From a virus, in the IMG/VR virus record IMGVR_UViG_3300005573_000062, positions 62,099 through 126,098 of that record: a DNA stretch of 64,000 nt, one strand, 5' to 3'. Both the position numbers and the translations under genes were made by a program. The notes under the pieces were generated by a model. That model was not told where the DNA came from. It saw only the letters and a program-made list of their open reading frames with translations, and did no database searches. This document shows positions 19,946 to 29,369 of the stretch, in pieces (position 1 is the first letter of the stretch; each line of letters opens with the position of its first letter).

Positions 19946-21063
19946 GAGTGGGATATTCTTTTTGGGGAATATTTTCTGAAGTAAACGTTGATATGCCATC
20001 GACCATAAATTCATACGTTCCTTGGATTATTCTTGGATTGCTTGAAAAAAAGTGTAAAGTATATCCTCTTCAAATCAATTTAGATGAACACTTTAGTAGA
20101 AAATTTAATAAAAAGATAAATTTTACATATTTATATGATTCATACTCTATCGAAAAAGTATATAAGCATCTTTTTGAAAATTCTACAATCATTCCTGGAA
20201 TATCACTTCCAGATTTAGATTTAGTGATAATAGATTGGAGATGGCCGATTCCAGGAAGAAATACTGAAAAAGATAGAAAATTTCCTGATTTTACTCCAGA
20301 TTTAGTTCGGCAGAATGAGATTTTGGAACATTATTCAAAAAGAAATACACAAATAATAGTGCTAGATCTTGATCATAAAGTTACAATAGAAGATGAAAAG
20401 AAATGGGAGTTTCACATCATAGAACCTGCTATTCAGCCTAAAAATCAATATATAAAAAGGGTTTCATCTGTTTTGCCTTATAAATTTTTTAAAATATATT
20501 ATCAGGGAATGAAAGATAGAAATTCTTTGATAACATATGTTGGAAACAATTATGAAAGAGAAAGAGCTATTAATGAATATATTTATCCAATATCGACAAA
20601 AGATAGATTTAAAAATAAAATAACTTTTTATGGAAATTGGATAAAATATGATAAAGTATATAAAGAGTTAATAACTAAATGGCCTTATTTTAATTATTTA
20701 GGTAAGGTAACAAAAGAAGATTATTTATATGTATATGGGAAAAGTTATACTACTCCATTGCTAGCTAAAGATAGTTATTATAAGTATGGTTTTATGACCC
20801 CTAGGCAGATTGAATCTGTATTGTATGGGTGTATTCCTGTTGGTTTTTCTGAGCATTTAGGTATTGATAAATTTATTCCAAAGAAATTTATTGTTAAAGA
20901 TTATAATGAGTATATTAATCTTTTAAATGAGTTATTATCTGTAACGGAAAGAGACTATAATAATTATCTTCATTCTTTTGAAGACTTTTTTCATATGTAT
21001 GATTATAAAAAGTTTGCAGATTTGTTACTAAAATTATGTGAGGAGGCTCCGTGCCTCTTATAA
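19942..21063 (+). CDS. GT-B glycosyltransferase, probably DNA base-modifying
   Basis: GYSFWG, WRWPIPGRN, DLDHK, YVGNNYER, FYGNW, RQIE..YGCIP; hmC-synthase context. Confidence 0.72.
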   Translation: MRVGYSFWGIFSEVNVDMPSTINSYVPWIILGLLEKKCKVYPLQINLDEHFSRKFNKKINFTYLYDSYSIEKVYKHLFENSTIIPGISLPDLDLVIIDWRWPIPGRNTEKDRKFPDFTPDLVRQNEILEHYSKRNTQIIVLDLDHKVTIEDEKKWEFHIIEPAIQPKNQYIKRVSSVLPYKFFKIYYQGMKDRNSLITYVGNNYERERAINEYIYPISTKDRFKNKITFYGNWIKYDKVYKELITKWPYFNYLGKVTKEDYLYVYGKSYTTPLLAKDSYYKYGFMTPRQIESVLYGCIPVGFSEHLGIDKFIPKKFIVKDYNEYINLLNELLSVTERDYNNYLHSFEDFFHMYDYKKFADLLLKLCEEAPCLL

Positions 21064-21587
21064 TTTTTGATTCTTATGATTGTGCAGGGAAAACGACTTT
21101 ACTTAATGAATTTATTAAAAAGACAAAGTACCCTATATCTGAATCGTTTTTAAATCAAAGACCGAAATTCAAGAACCCCGATGAGAATTATCTCTGGTCG
21201 AAAGCATGGCACTATGGTATTCTTGGAATTCTTAAATCCTGTGATATTAATTTAGTAGTCGATCGGTTTATAATGTCTGAATATTGTTATTCTATTGTTC
21301 TTAGAGGTTATAAAATTGATTACTTTGATGATTATATTAAAGAACTAAAAAAATGTAAAACCAGAGTGACCTGGGTTTACCCGACACTAAATAATAGTAA
21401 TTGGTTAAAGGAGCTTAAAAGAAGATATACTGATAAAAAAGAGGATTATATAAGTTTTAATAAGTTATTATCAGTGAAGAAAATGTATGATTCATTATTT
21501 CGCAGTTTTTCTTTAACTAAAATTAAGATTAATACTATGGAATCTATAGATAAGTGTATTGATAGATTAACAGGAGAGTTGTCATGA
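21051..21587 (+). CDS. thymidylate-kinase-like dNMP kinase
   Basis: IIFDSYDCAGKTT P-loop, VVDRF. Confidence 0.8.
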   Translation: MPLIIFDSYDCAGKTTLLNEFIKKTKYPISESFLNQRPKFKNPDENYLWSKAWHYGILGILKSCDINLVVDRFIMSEYCYSIVLRGYKIDYFDDYIKELKKCKTRVTWVYPTLNNSNWLKELKRRYTDKKEDYISFNKLLSVKKMYDSLFRSFSLTKIKINTMESIDKCIDRLTGELS

Positions 21588-22297
21588 AGATAATAAAGTT
21601 GGAAGAAATTGATATTAATAAATATACTAATTTTTCTTGGGATTTGCAAACTGATTTATTGAAATACGAGGATGACCTGATTTCTAAGGATGCTGCTTGC
21701 ATAGAAATGAGTAAATATAAATTTTCAGATTCCCGAGTACTTAATTTTTTGACTCTTACTTCTTTGCCTTTTTATACTAGAGAAGATGATATTCATTCTT
21801 CTATTCTATCCCTTCTGTGGGGATTTACTAAATGTTCTAAATGTGACACTACTGTAAAAAGATACACAGGTATTACGGGGAATCTAAAACCGAAATTTCT
21901 ATTTATAGGAGAGGCTCCAGGGGTAGGAGATGGGGAAAAATCTATAATGGATAGAACACTAGTATATGGTCCGACATCTCATTTAGTTCGTCAGACTCTA
22001 TTAGAACTTGGACTTATACAGTATAGTGCATTTACGAATTTATTAAAATGTTCTTTACCTAACAACAGACCAGGATATGCGAATGAATATTCTAATTGTC
22101 TTTATTTTCTTCAAAATGAAATAAATGCGCTAAATCCGAAAGTAGTTATTCTTTTCGGATCTCGAGTAAATACTTATTTATCTAAACATTTAACAGTTCC
22201 TTTTATTAAAATAAATCATCCGACCTATTATATTTATGAACATAAAGAGCATTTATTTAAAGAAGAATTAAATGCTAAAATAATTAAATATCGTTAA
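21584..22297 (+). CDS. uracil-DNA glycosylase superfamily (family 4-like)
   Basis: CSKC, FIGEAPG, TNLLKC, NNRP, LFG, HPTY. Confidence 0.85.
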   Translation: MKIIKLEEIDINKYTNFSWDLQTDLLKYEDDLISKDAACIEMSKYKFSDSRVLNFLTLTSLPFYTREDDIHSSILSLLWGFTKCSKCDTTVKRYTGITGNLKPKFLFIGEAPGVGDGEKSIMDRTLVYGPTSHLVRQTLLELGLIQYSAFTNLLKCSLPNNRPGYANEYSNCLYFLQNEINALNPKVVILFGSRVNTYLSKHLTVPFIKINHPTYYIYEHKEHLFKEELNAKIIKYR

Positions 22298-22311
22298 CAT
22301 TTGGAGGAACA

Positions 22312-23226
22312 ATGATTGAATATTTAAGTGTTGATAGAATTAATCATATAATACAAGGGTATAACATAAATGATGTTTTTTTAAAACTAGCAGAACATAT
22401 ACTTAGCAAAGGTAAAAAAGTTTCTCCTCGTGGTATAAATACATTAGAAGTTAGTCCTCTTATGACTATTATAGAAAAACCTTCTGATAATATTATTTTA
22501 TTTAAAGAGAGAAAGTTGAATAGATTATTTTCAGCAATGGAATTATGTTGGATTTTAAGTGGGGATGAGGATCCATGGATTATTGAATATTTAAAAACTT
22601 TAAATAATTATACTGATGAATTTGAAGGAAAAAGGTATCTAATGGGAGCGTATGGTCCTAGGATAAGAAAGTATACAGCAATTGATCCTATTACCAAAAA
22701 AGTGGATACTATTGATCAGTTGAAATATGTTGTAGATAAACTGTCAACGGATAAAGATAGTAGACAGGCTATTATAGTTATTTGGAATCCCACAGCAGAC
22801 ACAAGGAAAAATAAGGATATTCCCTGTACAAATCTTATGAAATTTTCAATTAGGGATAACAAACTTAATATGACAGTATTTATGAGAAGCAATGATTTAT
22901 ATCGTGGAAGTTGTTATGATTTTTTTAATTTTACTTCTATTCAATGTCTTTTAGCAGGTATTTTAAATGTTCAAATCGGAACTTACTATCATATTGCCGA
23001 TAGTCATCATATCTATGAGTCAGACATTTCAAAGATTGAAAATATTTTAAAAAATTCAGATACTATAAAAACAGATTTTCCTGAAATAATTAATTCTGAA
23101 AGATATATATCTATTGATGAATTAGATGCTGATCTAAAAGGTAGAAATGCTCCTTTGATACATAATAAATATATATCTAATCTTTATAGGTGGGTCGATG
23201 AAAATAAGAAAAAGAATTTGCTTTAA
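22312..23226 (+). CDS. thymidylate synthase homolog, predicted dCMP hydroxymethylase/methylase
   Basis: GAYGPR, DSRQA, IPCT, MRSND...GSCYD (Asp at the specificity position), SHHIYE. Confidence 0.85.
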   Translation: MIEYLSVDRINHIIQGYNINDVFLKLAEHILSKGKKVSPRGINTLEVSPLMTIIEKPSDNIILFKERKLNRLFSAMELCWILSGDEDPWIIEYLKTLNNYTDEFEGKRYLMGAYGPRIRKYTAIDPITKKVDTIDQLKYVVDKLSTDKDSRQAIIVIWNPTADTRKNKDIPCTNLMKFSIRDNKLNMTVFMRSNDLYRGSCYDFFNFTSIQCLLAGILNVQIGTYYHIADSHHIYESDISKIENILKNSDTIKTDFPEIINSERYISIDELDADLKGRNAPLIHNKYISNLYRWVDENKKKNLL

Positions 23227-23386
23227 CTGTGGGAAAGTTAAAAGTATTAAATATTTTACTTCTGATTTTAGAATTTGTAATACTTGTTTGAAAGAAAAAC
23301 TTGAGTATTCAATCAATCAAGTCAAAGAAAAGAGTAATGACATCTTGAGATATAACATAGCTTTTTTTAAGAGGAAATTGAAATGA
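23198..23386 (+). CDS. small zinc-finger protein
   Basis: CFNC...CNTC. Confidence 0.55.
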   Translation: MKIRKRICFNCGKVKSIKYFTSDFRICNTCLKEKLEYSINQVKEKSNDILRYNIAFFKRKLK

Positions 23387-23697
23387 AAAAGCTTTTCGAT
23401 TCAGCTAAAAAATATATAACCGAAAAAGATTTTGATTATTATCAAGACTATTTGCAACTTAGAAAAATGTTATATGAATTAATTGTTGAATTTAAGTATG
23501 AGTTGAAAAATCAAAATATTTCTTTAGTAGAAATTGCAGATATAAATACAATTTTAAAGGATTTTGATTCATACGTAGAAAGTATTGTTAAACACTCTCC
23601 AGATAATGAAAATGAGTTAGAAAATTATTTAGTTGAAAGATTAAAACATCTTTTTGGAGTAGAAAAATTTGATATTAATTTTGAAATAAAAAAATAA
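23383..23697 (+). CDS. hypothetical protein
   Basis: Coupled ORF. Confidence 0.6.
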   Translation: MKKLFDSAKKYITEKDFDYYQDYLQLRKMLYELIVEFKYELKNQNISLVEIADINTILKDFDSYVESIVKHSPDNENELENYLVERLKHLFGVEKFDINFEIKK

Positions 23698-23739
23698 CTG
23701 TGTACATAGTGTTGTAAAATTTGATATAATTTTAGAAAG

Positions 23740-24150
23740 ATGATCATAAAAGACTGGGATAATCACCTCCAATATCTAGTTAGGAAATTTTTTGAGTCTC
23801 CTTTAGATGACGCAACACTTAAGGAATACCTATTTAAAAAACACCAAATCGACGATACTGAAGAAAAAGACGAAAAAGTTAGAAAGCTTAAAATCATTTT
23901 TCATCTTTTGCACAATAATTTTTTCGCTCCTCAAGAAACTAAAGTATTGTCGCTATATCTAGGATGGATGAATGATCGTTGGATCAAACCTAGAAAAATA
24001 TCTGATATTGCTAAAATAATGGGTATTAGTCAGGCGGTTACTTACAACTATTTTATGAATGCAGTTAAGAAGTTAAGGAAGTATTTCTCGGTCGAAAATA
24101 ATAGGGAGGACTATTATGGTAATAAAAGAAGCCGAAAAGGTTCCGTTTGA
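23740..24150 (+). CDS. sigma70 region-4-like HTH protein
   Basis: ETKVLSLYLG...ISDIAKIMGISQAVTYNYFMNAVKKLR; preceded by extended -10 TGATATAAT. Confidence 0.75.
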   Translation: MIIKDWDNHLQYLVRKFFESPLDDATLKEYLFKKHQIDDTEEKDEKVRKLKIIFHLLHNNFFAPQETKVLSLYLGWMNDRWIKPRKISDIAKIMGISQAVTYNYFMNAVKKLRKYFSVENNREDYYGNKRSRKGSV

Positions 24151-25783
24151 GACATTTCAGTTAGCTAAAAAGTATATAAAAGGAGATCCAGAAGGAAGTT
24201 ACGAAAAATTTTTAGATATAAGATCTGCTATTTATGAAGCTACAAATGAAGCGATTTCTGATCTGATAAGTAATAAAGGAATATATGTAGATAGAAAAAA
24301 ATTATCAGATTTTGATGAATTTTTAAGAGATTTTATTTCTAATTCTCCAAATGATCCATCACAACTCGATTCTTATATTGATGATAAAATTTTTAAATAT
24401 TTGACTTCGACTATTGGTACTTCAAAAAGGAGAGTAACAAAAGAAAAGAAACCAGTTGTCGAAGAGGTTGAGAAAAAACCGGTTGAAGAAAAAGAAGTTG
24501 CCAAAAAAGTTAGAGAAAAAGGAATAGATCCTTATGAAGTGGAAACTCGAAAAATAATAAAAGATATAAGAGATGGAGTGAATTACGATGAAAACCTTTC
24601 CAAATTATTTGAAATGTATATAGATATGATTAAAAATATTGTATATAAGCATCCAGGCTTAGTTGAATTTTCAGCAAGAGAATCTGAAGGATATAAAAAA
24701 GAAAAGATACCTGGTTCTGTTTATATCGATCCTAAGATAGAAGACATTATTGCAGAAGCAATCGATCCATTTATGAAAGCGATTAAAGATTTTGATTTAG
24801 AAGGAGACACGAAATTTTCTACTTTTTTATATACCTATGTTGATCAATATTTTAAGAATTTGTATACTACTAAACAAATTTCAAAACTGCGCCAAGAAGG
24901 TGAGTTTGATTTTGTTTTAACTCGTGATACCGGAAAAATAGATAAATTAGAAGATTATAATTCAGCGAAATTAATAGGATTCAATATTGAGGAAAGTAAA
25001 ATAATAGATAGCACTGGGAAAGAATATATTGAAAATAAGGATTATAAGTTTGATGGTACAGAGATAGAATGGATTGGAGATTCTCCTAAAGAAGGAAATG
25101 AATATCAAATTTTTATTGAAACATCTAAACCATACAAAGAGATTAGCTTATCTTCTCCTCTATCAGAGGATGAAGAATCTGAATCAACTTTAGAAGAAAC
25201 TATTCCTGAATCTTCTGTAGATATTTTAAAATTATTAGAATCCGAAGCTGATAAGATAAGAGAACAATATGCTCAGTCTGTTGGGTATGATTTAAGTGAA
25301 GAAGATAAAGACATGGGAGATCTAATAAATAAAATATGGGTGGCGATACGCGCCGAAGAGGAAGACAAAAAAAGAAGATTAGAGGACAAAGAAATTAAGG
25401 ATATAATTTTGAAAATGATAGAAAATTCTACTGGAATAGCAATTAGTGATCTTGATTTAGAAGATACAGAAGAAAAAATTTTATATGATAAATTAGTATC
25501 GGCTGTTGATGAAATTTATAACTATCTTGTAAAAGAAAAATTAACGATTACTGATGCTAAAAAGAAAATGACTTTTTTTGATTTAATACAAGATTACGAT
25601 GAAGGAACAGCTAGAAGGATAATGATGGATAGGTTTGGAGTTATTCCTTCTACCCTGACAGAGTGGCTAAGTAGGCATGTGAATCCTAGTATCGCTAAAG
25701 TGCTAGGGATAGAATTTAATACCCCAGATGGTAAATTATCATCTGAACATTTATACCAATTAATAAAAACTCAAGCTAAATAA
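24116..25783 (+). CDS. large sigma70-like transcription factor
   Basis: Region 2: FMKAIKDFD..GDTKFSTFLYTYV; region 3.2-like ISLSSPL..TLEETI; C-terminal HTH RFGVIPSTLTEW. Confidence 0.7.
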   Translation: MVIKEAEKVPFETFQLAKKYIKGDPEGSYEKFLDIRSAIYEATNEAISDLISNKGIYVDRKKLSDFDEFLRDFISNSPNDPSQLDSYIDDKIFKYLTSTIGTSKRRVTKEKKPVVEEVEKKPVEEKEVAKKVREKGIDPYEVETRKIIKDIRDGVNYDENLSKLFEMYIDMIKNIVYKHPGLVEFSARESEGYKKEKIPGSVYIDPKIEDIIAEAIDPFMKAIKDFDLEGDTKFSTFLYTYVDQYFKNLYTTKQISKLRQEGEFDFVLTRDTGKIDKLEDYNSAKLIGFNIEESKIIDSTGKEYIENKDYKFDGTEIEWIGDSPKEGNEYQIFIETSKPYKEISLSSPLSEDEESESTLEETIPESSVDILKLLESEADKIREQYAQSVGYDLSEEDKDMGDLINKIWVAIRAEEEDKKRRLEDKEIKDIILKMIENSTGIAISDLDLEDTEEKILYDKLVSAVDEIYNYLVKEKLTITDAKKKMTFFDLIQDYDEGTARRIMMDRFGVIPSTLTEWLSRHVNPSIAKVLGIEFNTPDGKLSSEHLYQLIKTQAK

Positions 25784-25785
25784 AT

Positions 25786-26463
25786 ATGGATCAGAAAATT
25801 AAAAATGAGATTTTTCTTTTACCTTCTGATGTTCAGTATGACATAAATGCTTGGATAGTTGAAGGACACAAACCTGCTAAGATAGACGAATTACTTCACA
25901 ACAAATGGGAATCAAAGATTGGCACTTTCCCTTCGAAAAGTCAACTTTATAAATATATCGCATGGTTTAAAAATTCAGAGGAAGGCAAAAAAATAAAACA
26001 AGAATTCGAAGTATCCATTACAGATGAAGAATCGACCGAGATGTTAAAAAAATTGAAAAATGATACGATATCGATTGGAGATAAAAAGAAGATTCTTCAG
26101 TTATTAATACATAAATCAATGTTAAGAATTAAGAAAATAGAAACGATACAGGATCAATCTCTTATACCTGCCATGGAAAATTGTTTGATTAAACATCAAT
26201 CTGAAATAAGAGAATTTATTGAGTTGTTAGCTGAGCTTGATAAAGAAATGGCCCCGGAGAAAGAAGTAATTGTAAATATAATAGATACTCGACTTCTTCC
26301 TATTATACATGCTTTTTATCGTGTAGTTCAAACTGTGGTTCCTGAAAAGTTAGAAACAATTAAAGTTAGATTAAAAGAAGAACTTCAAAAAATATTTTCA
26401 TCCGACCGGAATTCAATAATCGAACAAAAACTTCTGGAGAATGATAATGTTAAAAAAGATTAA
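25786..26463 (+). CDS. putative Mu gp27/DUF3486-like (small terminase-like) protein
   Basis: LLPSDVQYDINAWI ... PSKSQLYKY N-terminal HTH pattern. Confidence 0.4.
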   Translation: MDQKIKNEIFLLPSDVQYDINAWIVEGHKPAKIDELLHNKWESKIGTFPSKSQLYKYIAWFKNSEEGKKIKQEFEVSITDEESTEMLKKLKNDTISIGDKKKILQLLIHKSMLRIKKIETIQDQSLIPAMENCLIKHQSEIREFIELLAELDKEMAPEKEVIVNIIDTRLLPIIHAFYRVVQTVVPEKLETIKVRLKEELQKIFSSDRNSIIEQKLLENDNVKKD

Positions 26464-26707
26464 ATTCTTTTTTCATATATTATCTTTTTTTAAAGATTTG
26501 CTTCCCATTTTAAAGGATAAATCTGAGGTCATCCTTAAGATTAAAGTAGATAATAGTATACATATTATAGACTATTCTATTAATCGAGAAAATGTTTTAT
26601 CGTCTTTGAAATTTCTTCCGGGGTCTGAGTTGCCTAATAGTTTTAAAGTAGATTTTATTAAAACTTTTGGAAGAATTGCATCGAAATCAAATTTGAAATC
26701 TCAGTAA
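26441..26707 (+). CDS. hypothetical protein
   Basis: ORF in operon. Confidence 0.5.
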   Translation: MIMLKKIKFFFHILSFFKDLLPILKDKSEVILKIKVDNSIHIIDYSINRENVLSSLKFLPGSELPNSFKVDFIKTFGRIASKSNLKSQ

Positions 26708-26738
26708 TATAACATTACTTTTAATATTAGGAGGGCGG

Positions 26739-27041
26739 ATGTATCATCTTGTTGATGTTTTAGGCAGTTTTGGAGATAGTAAATCTCATTATATTGAGGA
26801 AGCATACGAAGTTATCAGATTAGCATATCCTTATAAAAAATTTACAGTTAAGAAGATACACCAAATAGTTAAAAAATATTTAGATTACGGATTGCTGAAA
26901 AAAGAAAAGGATGATTTATTTAAAGGTTATTTTAAAGTGACAATTACAAAGAAAGGATTAGAAGCGCTAGAATATTATAGAAACGGGCAAGGTTATAAGA
27001 AATTAGAAGAGGGAGTTCTTAAAAATCCTATTGGAGGATAA
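26739..27041 (+). CDS. winged-helix DNA-binding protein
   Basis: YGLLKK...VTITKKGLEAL. Confidence 0.65.
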   Translation: MYHLVDVLGSFGDSKSHYIEEAYEVIRLAYPYKKFTVKKIHQIVKKYLDYGLLKKEKDDLFKGYFKVTITKKGLEALEYYRNGQGYKKLEEGVLKNPIGG

Positions 27042-27043
27042 CG

Positions 27044-27679
27044 ATGGATCTATTATCAAGTCTTTTTAACGACGAAATAAATAACGAAGTTAGCAATGAA
27101 ACGGTGATTGAGAAATATGCTAAAAGGCATTCTTCAAATATAGAAAAAGAGGAACCTGGGACTATTCAAGATTTGCTTATACAAATGAAAGAAGAATTTT
27201 TAAATGGTCTTTCTAATGACAATCTTGCCCAACTTTATACTGAAATTAAATTAAGTAAAGAGGATAAAAGCGTTTCATTGAATTTTAAAGAAGAATATGA
27301 TAAAGCAATAGAAGAGACAAATAAGAATAGAGCCAAAATTATAGACTATATTGTTAAAAACATGCCAGAAGAAAGACTCGGGAAAACTGCTTCTATATCT
27401 CCTTTGTGGACAGTTTCTAGGGTTAACGGTCAAGATGTTATAGTTCGACTTTATGGAGATCCTTTTGAGACGGTTGAGGATCCAAATGATTATTCAATGA
27501 AATTATTGACTAATCTGGGGATTCTTAATCAAGGGGATATGGTTGAAACTGCTAGCTTAAATGGAGAATTTGTAGGAATTTGTAATTCTTTTAGTCCTTA
27601 TATACTAGTTAAGTCTTCAACTCAATTCGAGAGAATTAGACCTTCTGAAATAATTAGGATTTATGGAAAAGCTGATTAA
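27044..27679 (+). CDS. hypothetical protein
   Basis: GGAGG RBS, 211 aa. Confidence 0.7.
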   Translation: MDLLSSLFNDEINNEVSNETVIEKYAKRHSSNIEKEEPGTIQDLLIQMKEEFLNGLSNDNLAQLYTEIKLSKEDKSVSLNFKEEYDKAIEETNKNRAKIIDYIVKNMPEERLGKTASISPLWTVSRVNGQDVIVRLYGDPFETVEDPNDYSMKLLTNLGILNQGDMVETASLNGEFVGICNSFSPYILVKSSTQFERIRPSEIIRIYGKAD

Positions 27680-29369
27680 ACTTTTCAACAATTTTAGAAG
27701 TGCTTTAATAGAAGATCTTCGAGATTCTTATAATAATTCTGAAGCTAATTTTGATAAATCTGAAGAAGCTCTTAAAGAGTTACAAGCATTAACTATTTCA
27801 TCTAGGCGTCCTAAACTTTACGATGAAGTTATAGATGCATTAGTTGAGTCTATTAAGGGTGAATTCAATGAATTGAAGGGAGACGTTATAAAATATTTAG
27901 GTAGAGAGAACAGAAATAAAGAAGGTTATGTAAACGGAATAAATTCTTCGTTAGATAAGATGTATAACGTATTTAAAGACTTTATTAAAGGAGCAGAACC
28001 CGGACGTATTTTATTAGACTATTTTTCTCTTATAGATCCTATCGAAAGAAAAGATGAGTCTTCTTTGGCTGAGTTTTGTAATTTTGTATATAAAGTAGAC
28101 AACGAACTAGCAGAAATAGAAAAGAGTATTCTTGAATTTTCGAAAGAAACAGTAGATGTGGATTTTCTTAATTTAATAGGAAAAAAAATAGAAGGAGTTG
28201 AATTAGATATTGAGAATGAAATAAAATATTCTCATATTCCTAATTTTTCTATTATGTTAGAAGAACGTAGAAGAGGAGGTTTTAATCCTACGGAGTATCT
28301 GATAAATGCTTTATCGATAGTTAGGAGAATTGTAGGTACTTTCTTTTCGACTAATCTAATAGATAGTTTGGAAACGTCTGAGGATGTTGAGAAATTTTTA
28401 AATCTTTTTTTAAATGATCTTTTAAAAATTCAAAAAATTTTTAATGAATTAACTAAGTATTGTAAACCTATAGATTTAACAGCTGATAATAAAATTAATA
28501 TGATAAAAAAATCTTTACACAATTTAAGCGAGTATTTTAAAACTAAAGAACATTTTAAAGGAAATTCTTCGATAGATGAACTTAAAAAGTCTTTAGAAAA
28601 AATAAATAATTATTTGACATTTGATAAAAAATCAGAATTAACAACAGATCCTTTTATAGAAGCACGCAACGCTTTGGAAGACGTCATTTCTAAACTTAAA
28701 TATTCCGATGACTTCATTGACAAAAGTCTATTTTCGACTTTATCTATACTAAACGATTTAGTTAAAGAAAAGTCTAGTAAAACTTCTCAGAATTTGGATT
28801 CACCCCAACACCAGATTCCAGCAGTATATCGTACGCCAGATCAAGATTTCACTAAGAATACAAAAGATTTTGGAGAGATTCAAAACTATACTGCAACGTA
28901 TCCAGAGAAGATAAGTAAATTAAAATCTAATTTGAGTTGTACTAAATTAGGAAACAATACTTTTTATTATAAAGATACTGGAAATAATAGGAAATTAGTT
29001 AGACTACTAGCTGATACTTCTTTTGAAAAGCCGACAAATATATATCTAGTTAATAAAGATGATGAAATTGAAGAGACAAATATACTAATAGAGAAGCCTG
29101 AAGAAAATGAATATATAGTTAACGTTGATAAGATTGATGAATACTTAGATAATCCATATTGTTTAAATGTTGTACTTAAACCGATTAGAATTATAAACGC
29201 TAAGCAATTATATTTTAATGATGTAAATGTTCAGGAATATAATAAGAGAAAAGTACTTTCTAATCATGGAGAAGTTATTAGTGAATCTCCGGATGGTTAT
29301 TATGTAAGAACGCCTGAAGCAGATTATAATATTTATGTTCACAAAGTGGATGTAATCAAAGAGGAATGA
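27663..29369 (+). CDS. large hypothetical protein
   Basis: 568-aa ORF. Confidence 0.75.
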   Translation: MEKLIKLFNNFRSALIEDLRDSYNNSEANFDKSEEALKELQALTISSRRPKLYDEVIDALVESIKGEFNELKGDVIKYLGRENRNKEGYVNGINSSLDKMYNVFKDFIKGAEPGRILLDYFSLIDPIERKDESSLAEFCNFVYKVDNELAEIEKSILEFSKETVDVDFLNLIGKKIEGVELDIENEIKYSHIPNFSIMLEERRRGGFNPTEYLINALSIVRRIVGTFFSTNLIDSLETSEDVEKFLNLFLNDLLKIQKIFNELTKYCKPIDLTADNKINMIKKSLHNLSEYFKTKEHFKGNSSIDELKKSLEKINNYLTFDKKSELTTDPFIEARNALEDVISKLKYSDDFIDKSLFSTLSILNDLVKEKSSKTSQNLDSPQHQIPAVYRTPDQDFTKNTKDFGEIQNYTATYPEKISKLKSNLSCTKLGNNTFYYKDTGNNRKLVRLLADTSFEKPTNIYLVNKDDEIEETNILIEKPEENEYIVNVDKIDEYLDNPYCLNVVLKPIRIINAKQLYFNDVNVQEYNKRKVLSNHGEVISESPDGYYVRTPEADYNIYVHKVDVIKEE

